Assembly: GCA_942491945.1 (NCBI GenBank)
Contig: CALODD010000116.1
Span: 1,008-65,007 of the forward strand
DNA from: an uncultured Gammaproteobacteria bacterium
GTDB lineage: Bacteria > Pseudomonadota > Gammaproteobacteria > JAJDYQ01
DNA length: 64,000 nt
Direction: 5' to 3'
Part shown: positions 40,514 through 50,725 of the stretch, piece after piece
Numbering within the stretch: position 1 is the stretch's first letter
Layout: each line of letters opens with the position of its first letter
Position numbers and translations under genes: made by a program
Notes under the pieces: generated by a model
What the model was told of the DNA's origin: nothing
Seen by the model: the letters and a program-made list of their open reading frames with translations, nothing else
Databases searched by the model: none

Positions 40514-41065
40514 TGCCAGCAGGAGTTGCTGGCTTATGGTGCAGGAGCCATGTCTATGGCGGCTGGTGAATACGTATCCGTCAGTTCTCAGTCTGATACA
40601 GAAAATGCCGATCTGGCACTCGAAAAAATATCATTAGAGAACGATATAGAGTTTGAAACTGATGAACTCGCAAAAATTTATCAAAATAGAGGGCTTGAAC
40701 CTAATCTAGCAAAAACAGTAGCTATACAATTAATGGCGCACGACGCGCTTGGTGCGCATGCTAGAGACGAAATTGGTATATCAGAGAGTGCCAGTGCCCG
40801 CCCGGCTCAGGCAGCATTTTATTCAGCCGGTACGTTTACAGTCGGTGCCGCACTTCCATTATTAGTGGCATGGACCATCTCAGGAAGTTACCTGATACCT
40901 TCAGTAGCTATTTTCTCGCTGGTATTCCTGGCGCTCCTTGGTGGGATTGCAGCACGCACTGGTGGTGCATCGATTACTGTCGGCGCCATTAGAGTGACTT
41001 TTTGGGGTGCGCTGGCAATGGGTTTAACCGCAGCAGTAGGTCGTATATTTGGTGTTGCGACATAA
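40514..41065 (+). pseudogene. VIT1/CCC1-family Fe/Mn transporter, 5'-truncated
   Basis: [12 protein letters not shown]...[19 protein letters not shown]...HARDEIGI, then the C-terminal TM segments. The N-terminal part, roughly the first 50 aa, is absent. Confidence 0.7.
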
Positions 41066-41102
41066 TGAGTTGTTTACCTATAGCACTAATCTATCTACAT
41101 GC

Positions 41103-41162
41103 AGCTAACAATTGGGTCAAGTTGACGCCAAAAAACGGCGCAGCTTACTCTGAACGTTCGCT
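41103..41162 (+). repeat. attC-like site
   Basis: AGCTAACAATTGGGTCAAGTTGAC ... GTTCGCT. Confidence 0.5.
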
Positions 41163-41186
41163 GCACAAGTAGAAGCGAAATTAGCT

Positions 41187-41789
41187 ATGACATCAAAAAG
41201 AAAAGAACTAAATTGCGCGTTACTTAAAGGCATCGAAACTGGCGACGCTGCGGCAGTTGCTGTTGTCAATGAGGAAAAGTACATTCACCACAACCCCCAG
41301 GCTCACGAAGGTAGCGAGGGTCTGGCAGCGTTGTCCGAGCGCCTGTCGAAAACCTCTCCCAGCGTCAAAGTCGTACGTGTCTTCGTGGATGGTATGGCCG
41401 TTGAGCACTGGGACAACATCCAGCAAAGACAGGGTTTCAAACCATCCGGTCATACTATGGTCGATGAACCGACCGAAGTAACCGATCTGGAGCGGACTGT
41501 AGATAATCGAGAAATTGTACGATCCTTCGTTGATGGTATGTCGTCACTGCATTCGGCGCTATCCGATCCCGCCTCAAGCGATGGCATCACGATACAATAA
41601 GACAAAATGCACCGCCTTCTAGCAGAGGGGAGTTTCGTGCTTTCGGTTAGTGAAGCTTATCTTAACGGAGTCCACTCCTCGTTTTATGATCTTTTTTCGG
41701 GTTGCCCATGACAGGCTTGTAAACACTGGGATACGACAGAAGCGATCACCCCTCGCAATGAATGGAAGAACGACAACGGCAAGTTTTAA
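41187..41789 (+). pseudogene. SnoaL/NTF2-like protein, decayed paralog of 55247-56011
   Basis: Collinear with the intact paralog to the shared end EWKNDNGKF. It has an internal deletion, in-frame TAA (41598) and TGA (about 41709) stops, and a scrambled segment. Confidence 0.7.
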
Positions 41790-41872
41790 GGCAGTATTCA
41801 AATTATTGGTACTCGCACCTCAAGACGCCGAATAAATACAGGAGTATATATAGATGATCAAATTTGTTATGT
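41783..41872 (+). repeat. Possible degenerate attC
   Basis: TTTTAAG (overlapping the stop) ... GTTATGT at 41866. Confidence 0.3.
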
Positions 41873-41953
41873 GCAAAACACGACACCCGCATTTTATTGA
41901 TAGTCAAAATCAATTATTATATTAAAAATAAACGATTATACAAATCGTTATAA
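41873..41953 (+). repeat. Possible second attC-like unit or cassette junction upstream of katG
   Basis: GCAAAAC ... GTTATAA at 41947. It contains the AACGATT-N5-AATCGTT palindrome. Confidence 0.3.
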
Positions 41954-42032
41954 ATGACCTAAATTGTGGCATGGGTACAATATGCAGTTGTACTGATAAC
42001 GAATTATTTCTACGTACAAAACAGGAGATTAA

Positions 42033-44193
<2,161 letters not shown>

Positions 44194-44205
44194 GCTTCGA
44201 TACGC

Positions 44206-44239
44206 ATCCGCTCGCTGCAAATAATTGCGGCGAGCGGAT
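44206..44239 (+). terminator. Stem-loop downstream of katG
   Basis: ATCCGCTCGC...GCGAGCGGAT, a 10-bp stem 12 nt after the stop, with no clear U-tract. Confidence 0.4.
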
Positions 44240-44301
44240 ACATAAGTACCACAGGGGACAGACAGAGAAAATGAATGCCTGCTCCTGTCCAAAATGTGAC
44301 G

Positions 44302-44406
44302 TAATAACATTTAAATCATAAGGAGATATTACAAATCACGAGGCGACCCAGTCGGAGGCTAAAACCGCCCTGCGGTATTTTACGCCGCTGGTCTTAAACG
44401 TTATAA
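44302..44406 (+). repeat. attC-like site
   Basis: TAATAAC ... GTTATAA at 44400. Confidence 0.4.
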
Positions 44407-44422
44407 ATCGCAAGAGAGAAAC

Positions 44423-45976
44423 ATGACTAATCCTATTATTGCAGACAACAAACCCGTTAAAGTGACCCTTACAAAAGGGCAGGAATACTATTTTTGCACA
44501 TGCGGTCGATCTGAAAATCAGCCGTTTTGCGATGGTTCACATGTTGGGACACCATTTAAACCAAAGGTTATTGTTGCAGAAGAAGATGGTGACGCATATT
44601 TATGCGCATGCAAGCATAGTGGTAACAGGCCGTTTTGTGACGGAACGCATCAAAAGTTTAGTGATGACCAGGTAGGCAAAGAAGGACCGGGCCTGGAAGC
44701 AGAGAAAACAGGCCCCCCTGTCGCGGTTGCCACACCTGAAGAGCCTACCGTAGAGTTTATTCATCAATTAGCGAAAGATGGTCTGAGGACATTTGGTCAT
44801 CATGGACCAATGACCTCTATGGGCGTACCTCGTCACGAACTGCCTCATTGGGATGATCTGCAAATCATGGTGGCGCAGATGGCAACCAAGCCCTTGATGG
44901 AAGATCATGATGTGTCCGCTGAACTCGTTATTGGGCCCGAAGCCAGAAAACCTTTGACGTTAAAGATTCCCCTGTTTGTGTCCGATATGAGCTTTGGTGC
45001 TTTATCTGAAGAGGCTAAAGTCGCCCTGGCGCGTGGCGCCGAGCTTTCGGACACAGGTATTTGTTCAGGTGAAGGTGGTATGTTGCCTGAAGAACAGGCA
45101 GAGAATTCGCGCTATTTTTACGAATTGGCGAGTGCGAAATTCGGTTACCGGGAAGAATTGCTGGAAATGGTCCAGGCTTTTCATTTCAAGGGCGGACAAG
45201 GCGCCAAAACGGGAACCGGAGGCCACCTTCCGGGCAACAAGAACAAAGGAAAAATATCGCAAGTCAGAAATATACCGGAAGGAAAGGCGGCAATATCGCC
45301 ACCCACATTCAAAGACCTTTCTACGGTTGCTGATTTCAAGCGATTTGCGGATCGTGTCAGAGAGATATCCGGAGGTATACCCGTGGGTTTCAAGCTCAGT
45401 GCAAATCATATTGAAAAAGACATTCAATTTGCGCTGGATGCTAGTGCAGACTACATCATACTCGATGGCCGGGGTGGCGGCACTGGCGCCGCACCTGAGA
45501 TATTCAGAAATCATATCAGTGTGCCGACTATTCCTGCCCTTGCAAGAGCGCGTCGATATTTAGATAACCAGGGAGCCAGTGGTCGCGTGACGTTAATCAT
45601 AACTGGTGGATTACGTCTGCCGATTGACTTCGTTAAAGCCATGGCATTGGGTGCTGATGGCATTGCCCTTTCCAATAGCGCAATGCAGGCAATCGGCTGT
45701 GTTGCCGCAAGAATCTGTAATACCAACAACTGTCCGGCAGGTATCGCTACCCAGAATGAGGAACTACGAAAGAAACTGAATATCGAGAAATCAGCATTAC
45801 AATTGAATAACTTTTTTACAGCATCTGTAGAACTCATGCAGGTTATGGCACGAGCATGTGGCCATGATGCATTAAACCAATTCAATTATGATGATCTTGC
45901 GACCTGGAATCGAGAAATGGCTTTGTTATCAGGTGTGCGGTATTCCGGTTTTGATGGTTCAATTAACGACCAATAA
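44423..45976 (+). CDS. Fusion protein: two CDGSH iron-sulfur domains plus a glutamate-synthase-like FMN-binding domain
   Basis: CTCGRSENQPFCDGSH and CACKHSGNRPFCDGTH, then GEGGMLPEE, QGAKTGTGGHLPG and DGRGGGTGAAP. Confidence 0.8.
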   Translation: MTNPIIADNKPVKVTLTKGQEYYFCTCGRSENQPFCDGSHVGTPFKPKVIVAEEDGDAYLCACKHSGNRPFCDGTHQKFSDDQVGKEGPGLEAEKTGPPVAVATPEEPTVEFIHQLAKDGLRTFGHHGPMTSMGVPRHELPHWDDLQIMVAQMATKPLMEDHDVSAELVIGPEARKPLTLKIPLFVSDMSFGALSEEAKVALARGAELSDTGICSGEGGMLPEEQAENSRYFYELASAKFGYREELLEMVQAFHFKGGQGAKTGTGGHLPGNKNKGKISQVRNIPEGKAAISPPTFKDLSTVADFKRFADRVREISGGIPVGFKLSANHIEKDIQFALDASADYIILDGRGGGTGAAPEIFRNHISVPTIPALARARRYLDNQGASGRVTLIITGGLRLPIDFVKAMALGADGIALSNSAMQAIGCVAARICNTNNCPAGIATQNEELRKKLNIEKSALQLNNFFTASVELMQVMARACGHDALNQFNYDDLATWNREMALLSGVRYSGFDGSINDQ

Positions 45977-45996
45977 GAGAAGGCAGCTGGTTCGTG

Positions 45997-46044
45997 TGAT
46001 AACTCCGCTACGCTTATTTTCGCCTCACCGCGTACTCGTTATTT
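45997..46044 (+). repeat. Short attC-like site
   Basis: TGATAAC ... GTTATTT, 48 bp. Confidence 0.4.
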
Positions 46045-46092
46045 GTCTAGACGCACGTTTATCATAAATAAGAGTAATTAAGGTCTATCTAT

Positions 46093-46398
46093 ATGAGCCT
46101 TAACGAAAAGACTGACCAGATGGACTGGAAGGATGAGTCTGGCTAGATGCTTATATCTATTGTTTCAGGTCTTTTACTTTCATATTTGTATATTTATTAC
46201 CAGAGATTTCCAGATGCAGATAATTTAACTATTGTTGTAATCTGCTGTGTAGCATTCTATGTGTTCAGTATCATATTAAGAATACAAAATCATAGAGGGA
46301 AAGCAATAACAGGTAAACCTGGGTTTAATGAAAAAGCATTAAAGTATTTTTTTCCGGTACCAGGTTTTGTAATAGGTATAGCACTTTTATTATTATAG
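46093..46398 (+). pseudogene. Paralog of 33610-33915 with an in-frame amber codon at codon 18
   Basis: MSLNEKTDQMDWKDESG-TAG-MLISIVSG... The paralog has TGG (Trp) where this copy has TAG. An ATG immediately follows (46147). Confidence 0.7.
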
Positions 46399-46577
46399 AT
46401 TTTTTGAACAATGCAGAATAAACATATAAAAAAGAGAATTAAACTGAACATATGTCATTGGGAAAAATGTCAACAGTGAAATTATCACAGGTGATTATGT
46501 CTTTAGATTTCGATGATAAAAATTAGAAAAATGCACGGTATTTTGGATTCACTATTTTCCATAAGTTGGTATACAAG

Positions 46578-47066
46578 ATGAGAACAGCAAAACCGCATAC
46601 GCGATTGAGAAGATTTATCAGGGATGTCGTTGCCCATACGCCATTTGCTAAAATGGTAGTTCTATTGACCGTATTGTGGTTAATATTTTCCGCTGGTGTA
46701 TACCTGGCAGAACGGAGTACTGTTGGCGCGTCAATTAATACGTATGGAGAAGCACTGTATTGGGGGGTGGCTGCATTTTCTACTGCAGGAATCGCAGATG
46801 CGCCGGTGTCTGGTACTGCTCAGTTAGTTGGTGGCCTATGGATAGTAATTGGTTCAGTGCTGTTCTTCGGAACAATCGTAGCAACTGTTACGACCTATTT
46901 TATGAGGCCTATGCAGCGTCCCCATAAGAAGATAATCGATACGATAGAGTATAACCTTGAGCAATTAAATGATCTGTCACTAGAAGAGCTTGATTTGTTG
47001 AGGGAAACAGTTGACACACTGATCGTTCATGTCGAACGCTTAAAGGAAAAACAATCAAAGGGATAG
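46578..47066 (+). CDS. Two-TM ion-channel (K+ channel-like pore) protein with a non-canonical filter
   Basis: TM1, pore helix YGEALYWGVAAFSTAGIAD, TM2, then a C-terminal coiled coil. The filter reads STAGIAD rather than TxGYGD. Confidence 0.55.
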   Translation: MRTAKPHTRLRRFIRDVVAHTPFAKMVVLLTVLWLIFSAGVYLAERSTVGASINTYGEALYWGVAAFSTAGIADAPVSGTAQLVGGLWIVIGSVLFFGTIVATVTTYFMRPMQRPHKKIIDTIEYNLEQLNDLSLEELDLLRETVDTLIVHVERLKEKQSKG

Positions 47067-47071
47067 TCGAA

Positions 47072-47147
47072 ATCAAACAATGGCTTAGAGAAGGGCTGGC
47101 TTTTTCGCTGGCTCTTAAAAACCAAGCTCTGAAGCAATGCGTTAGCT
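47072..47147 (+). repeat. attC-like site
   Basis: ATCAAAC ... GTTAGCT. Confidence 0.45.
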
Positions 47148-47229
47148 CTGTAATGATGTTAATCAAATAAAAGGTGATTTAGTAGTGGAAAATATAATAC
47201 AAATTCTGATTGAATAAACTACTCTTTGG

Positions 47230-47433
47230 ATGCCGAGAAAAGGAGGTGCAGTATTCATCTTAATCGTATTTTTTATTATTTCAAAAGTAATTAAGCGTGC
47301 AATTATCGAGGGAGCTGAGCAGCTAAAACTTGATCGCAATCTCACTTCACTCTTAGCCCGCATAAGCAGTTTGACAGGAATAACAGTTCTCCAGCAGGAA
47401 GACAGTAAGAACCTGGTAGCAAAGGAAAAATAG
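47230..47433 (+). pseudogene. Possible N-terminal fragment of an MscS-like channel
   Basis: FILIVFFIISKVIKRAI...KLDRNLTSLLARI resembles MscS-family N-terminal regions; 67 aa only. Confidence 0.3.
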
Positions 47434-47479
47434 CAAATAATCTAATCAACTTTGACTCTATTTAGATTGACCAAAAAGC

Positions 47480-48336
47480 GGCCGATGTCGGGGTTATATT
47501 GGTCATTGCAAAATTTTATACTCAGGTTTTATCACTATCGCATCTATTAATCGCGTTTGCACTTATTGTGTTTTTGGCGCCAGGCAATTACGCAAGCGGT
47601 ATTTCTATATTATCGTTCGAATAACAACCTGGTGGATGATGCTTAAATCCGGTGTCCACCCTACGTTTGCCGGTGTCGCAATTGCTTTGACTATACCAGC
47701 ACGTCCAAAGTTGACATCGGAAAAACTAGCCATTAATGCGAAGACAATAATCAACTCAATACAGAAAAAGTCAGAACCTGTCGATGTTCTTGGCAGTCGT
47801 ACGGGGACCATGAACAGGTGCTAGAGGTACGTGATTTTGCGGAACGTGCCGGTACACCACTGCGTCGCTGGGAGGATGCGCTGGAGTTACCCGTGGCTCT
47901 ATTTATCTTACCCCTGTTTGTGCTGACCAATGCCGGCGTGCCCTTTAGCTTGTCCTCATTTATCGAAAGTCTTCAGCATCCGACCGGATTAGGCATTGTT
48001 ACTGGACTCATCCTCGGGAAATTTATCGGCTTTTCCGGTGCGTGCTGGCTGGGTCTGCGCTACAAAATTGGCTGTATACCCGATGGTGTTAATCTTAAAC
48101 ATGTCATTGAAGTCTTCCTCATAGCCGGAATTGGATTTACTATGTCCACATTTATTGCAACGATGGGATTTGGCTCACAACCAGTACATCTGCAAAGTGC
48201 AAAATCATCTATTCTGGTTGCTTCATTAATTTCTGCAATCCTCGGTGTGTTGTATATTCGATTTGTTGCTGCAAAGAAACAGATCATGTCACTCAATTCA
48301 ACGCCAAAAGGCGGCGCGAATGAGTTTAATCGTTAG
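47480..48336 (+). pseudogene. nhaA: NhaA copy 2: 3' two-thirds only, with frameshifts
   Basis: Homology starts at DVGVILVIAKFYTQ. The segments SGVHPTFAGVAIALTIPARP and LFILPLFVLTNAGV...LIAGIGFTMSTFIATMGF are spread over three frames. Confidence 0.75.
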
Positions 48337-48338
48337 GA
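48274..48338 (+). repeat. attC-like site (homologous to 36634-36698)
   Basis: AAGAAAC ... GTTAGGA; the same TCAATTC...GCGCGAAT core as after nhaA copy 1. Confidence 0.5.
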
Positions 48339-48344
48339 AAAATA

Positions 48345-48740
48345 ATGAATTTAAGCTTTAACTTAGAGGATGCAAGCCAAGTAACTATTGGTGCCTTTGC
48401 TTTAGCAGTTCCAATTTCGTTCTCTGAAGAGGCCTGGAAACTAGGCGAGACACTTCCTTTATCTAATCTACTAATGATATTTATTCTGTCTATTTCATTC
48501 TTGGGCTTCTTCGCATATGAAAGTGTATTCCAAGGCAATATTAAACACAGGGTCCCCGTTTTCTTGTTGCGTATAGCTATTGCTTATACAATTACAGCAT
48601 TAGTCGTAGCGTTAGTATTGCTTTCTTTAAATAAATTCCCGTTATTTATAGACACAGCTATCGCATTTAAACGTTTAATAGTAATTACAATGCCTGCTTC
48701 TATGGGGGCTATCATTGTGGATAGCTTTGACAAAGAGTAA
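48345..48740 (+). CDS. Integral membrane protein (possibly DUF2391-like)
   Basis: 131-aa, 4-TM ORF. The family name is uncertain. Confidence 0.55.
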   Translation: MNLSFNLEDASQVTIGAFALAVPISFSEEAWKLGETLPLSNLLMIFILSISFLGFFAYESVFQGNIKHRVPVFLLRIAIAYTITALVVALVLLSLNKFPLFIDTAIAFKRLIVITMPASMGAIIVDSFDKE

Positions 48741-48746
48741 ATCGCC

Positions 48747-48869
48747 TGACAACTTGTTCAAGTTGATTTCAAGCGCTATGCATTCGTAGTATGTCTCGGC
48801 TTTTGTGTTTACGGTGGTCATGTTACGCTTGGTGCAAAGCTTTTTTTACAACTTAACATTGCGTTAGTC
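48747..48869 (+). repeat. attC-like site
   Basis: TGACAACTTGTTCAAGTTG ... CAACTTAACATTGCGTTAGTC. Confidence 0.5.
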
Positions 48870-48899
48870 GAATCAAATATAAATTAACAGGAGAAAAAA

Positions 48900-49187
48900 A
48901 TGTCGAATGAAGGCTACCACGAGCCCATTGAAGAACTCACTGATGAAACACTGGATATGCATCGAGCGATAACTTCATTGATGGAGGAGTTAGAAGCAGT
49001 TGATTGGTATAACCAGCGAGTTGATGCGTGTAAGGACGACGAGTTGAGAGCAATACTTGCGCACAACCGAGATGAAGAAAAAGAGCATGCAGCAATGGTC
49101 CTGGAATGGATAAGAAGAAAAGATCCTGCTATGGATAAAGAACTAAAAGACTATCTATTTACCGAAAAACCAATTGCACATAAATAG
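48900..49187 (+). CDS. EncFtn-type (encapsulin-associated) ferritin-like protein, copy 1
   Basis: HEPIEELTDETLDMHRAITSLMEELEAVDWYNQRVDA...ILAHNRDEEKEHAAMVLEWIRR matches the EncFtn fold sequence as I recall it. It ends at ...FTEKPIAHK with no C-terminal extension. Confidence 0.75.
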   Translation: MSNEGYHEPIEELTDETLDMHRAITSLMEELEAVDWYNQRVDACKDDELRAILAHNRDEEKEHAAMVLEWIRRKDPAMDKELKDYLFTEKPIAHK

Positions 49188-49246
49188 GCAAGCCAGACAA
49201 GGCAATTCAACCTCGACAACGCAAAAAGACTCGCCGCCGGTTACTG
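49187..49246 (+). repeat. Possible degenerate attC
   Basis: GGCAAGC ... GTTACTG; poor cores. Confidence 0.2.
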
Positions 49247-49319
49247 CACCATGTATATAGTAAACACCCAGACAAAAGGCCCGCCATTGACCGACCTTTG
49301 TCAGACAACAAGTGAATTA

Positions 49320-49976
49320 CTATGCAGCGGCTGCTAATGCCTCTAATGCCTTGATGATCTCTACTGGCTCGCAGCGCTCGATGTAATTTTTATTTATAAA
49401 GGCAAAGCTAATCGTGCCATCGCGGTCGATGACATATGCCGCCGGGATTGGTAACTCCCAGCTGTCATCACCATTGGCGGCCGGCACATCCAGGCCCCAT
49501 TTGAGATACAGCGGCACCATGCTCGGGGGTACATCCATGACAATGCCATACTCACGCGCTACTTTGTTACCGACATCGCTTAACACATCAAACGGCAATT
49601 GATGTTTTTCTTTGGTGCTCATTGAATTGTCCGGCAGTTCGGGAGAAATGCCAATAAGGTTGGCACCCAGTTCACGAATCCTCGGCAGCGCATCGGCCAG
49701 CGCCTTGAATTCCAGATTGCAATACGGACACCAGCCACCGCGATAAAAACTGATTACTAACGGTCCGTCTTTTAATAACGCGGTTAACGATAAGTCACCC
49801 CCGGTGGCATTGGGCAGGGTAAAGTCCTTGGCCTGCTCACCGACGTTTAGTGCATTCTCGCCATAAGGGGTGTTTGTGATCACATCAAAGCCCTGCATAA
49901 CGGCAGATTTGTCGGTCTCATCCAGGCCATTAATAAAGTTGTTGGTCAGTTCCTGGGTTTGTTCAGTTAAACTCAT
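49320..49976 (-). CDS. AhpC/TSA (peroxiredoxin-like) thioredoxin-fold protein
   Basis: VISFYRGGWCPYCNLEFKAL. Confidence 0.7.
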   Translation of the reverse strand: MSLTEQTQELTNNFINGLDETDKSAVMQGFDVITNTPYGENALNVGEQAKDFTLPNATGGDLSLTALLKDGPLVISFYRGGWCPYCNLEFKALADALPRIRELGANLIGISPELPDNSMSTKEKHQLPFDVLSDVGNKVAREYGIVMDVPPSMVPLYLKWGLDVPAANGDDSWELPIPAAYVIDRDGTISFAFINKNYIERCEPVEIIKALEALAAAA

Positions 49977-50123
49977 GGTTGTCTCCTGATGTTATGATAT
50001 GCGCTCAGTAAAATTCCTGTCACTCACACCTTATTTTTCCAGCCAACATCATGCGGTATAAAGTCAGCGGATTTTGCTTTAATGTCAGAAATTTTAGAAA
50101 AACGATGTACATGTTCTGTCTTA

Positions 50124-50705
50124 TTATGTGTGTTGGATTTGTTCAGCAAGCCAGTCATCCAGCTGTTTGACTTCCTGTTGAATGAAAGCTTTGTCTTGAA
50201 AAGCATTGGATAAGGTTGCAATGCCCTGACTGCGCGCCAGCAAATGCATGGCCAATGCTTCGGCCTGAGCTTCATCTTTACCGAGCAGTGTGAATTGACC
50301 GGTTAACCAGTGACGAAATAGCGCAAATAACTTATTGGCTTCTTGCTTTGAGGCATGATTGAGTTTGGCCAGTTCTGTGCATAAGGTACCGACTGGACAA
50401 CCATAGCGTTGAATGTTCGACTGGTTGTCGTAAATCATATGAATAAAGCAGCGAATGTTCTCCACCGGTGTGTTGCCCTGCGTCTCCCAGGTTTGCAACA
50501 TGTCGCCTGTTTTAGCGAGACGCTTATCGATTACCGCATCAAGAATGTCATCTTTCGTTTTGAAGTGATAATAAAAATTACCACGCGAGATCTGTACGGC
50601 ATCAGCAATATCGGCAAACGAGGTATTCTCAAAGCCCTGCGTATAAAACAACGCATCAGCGGCTTCGACAATACGTTCGCGTGCCTGTTGTGCCTTCGGT
50701 CCCAT
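50124..50705 (-). CDS. TetR family transcriptional regulator
   Basis: FYTQGFENTSFADIADAVQISRGNFYYHFKTKDDIL helix-turn-helix region. Confidence 0.8.
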   Translation of the reverse strand: MGPKAQQARERIVEAADALFYTQGFENTSFADIADAVQISRGNFYYHFKTKDDILDAVIDKRLAKTGDMLQTWETQGNTPVENIRCFIHMIYDNQSNIQRYGCPVGTLCTELAKLNHASKQEANKLFALFRHWLTGQFTLLGKDEAQAEALAMHLLARSQGIATLSNAFQDKAFIQQEVKQLDDWLAEQIQHT

Positions 50706-50725
50706 GGGTTATGCCTTTATGGGTT

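Noticed and set aside
44994-45563. 189-aa alternate-frame ORF and 149-aa antisense ORF within the CDGSH-GltS gene
   Set aside because: They are nested in a well-supported 517-aa coding frame and have no independent signals.
50024-50275. 83-aa minus-strand ORF between the peroxiredoxin-like and TetR genes
   Set aside because: It overlaps the 3' end of the TetR gene by about 150 nt in another frame and has no RBS or recognisable features.
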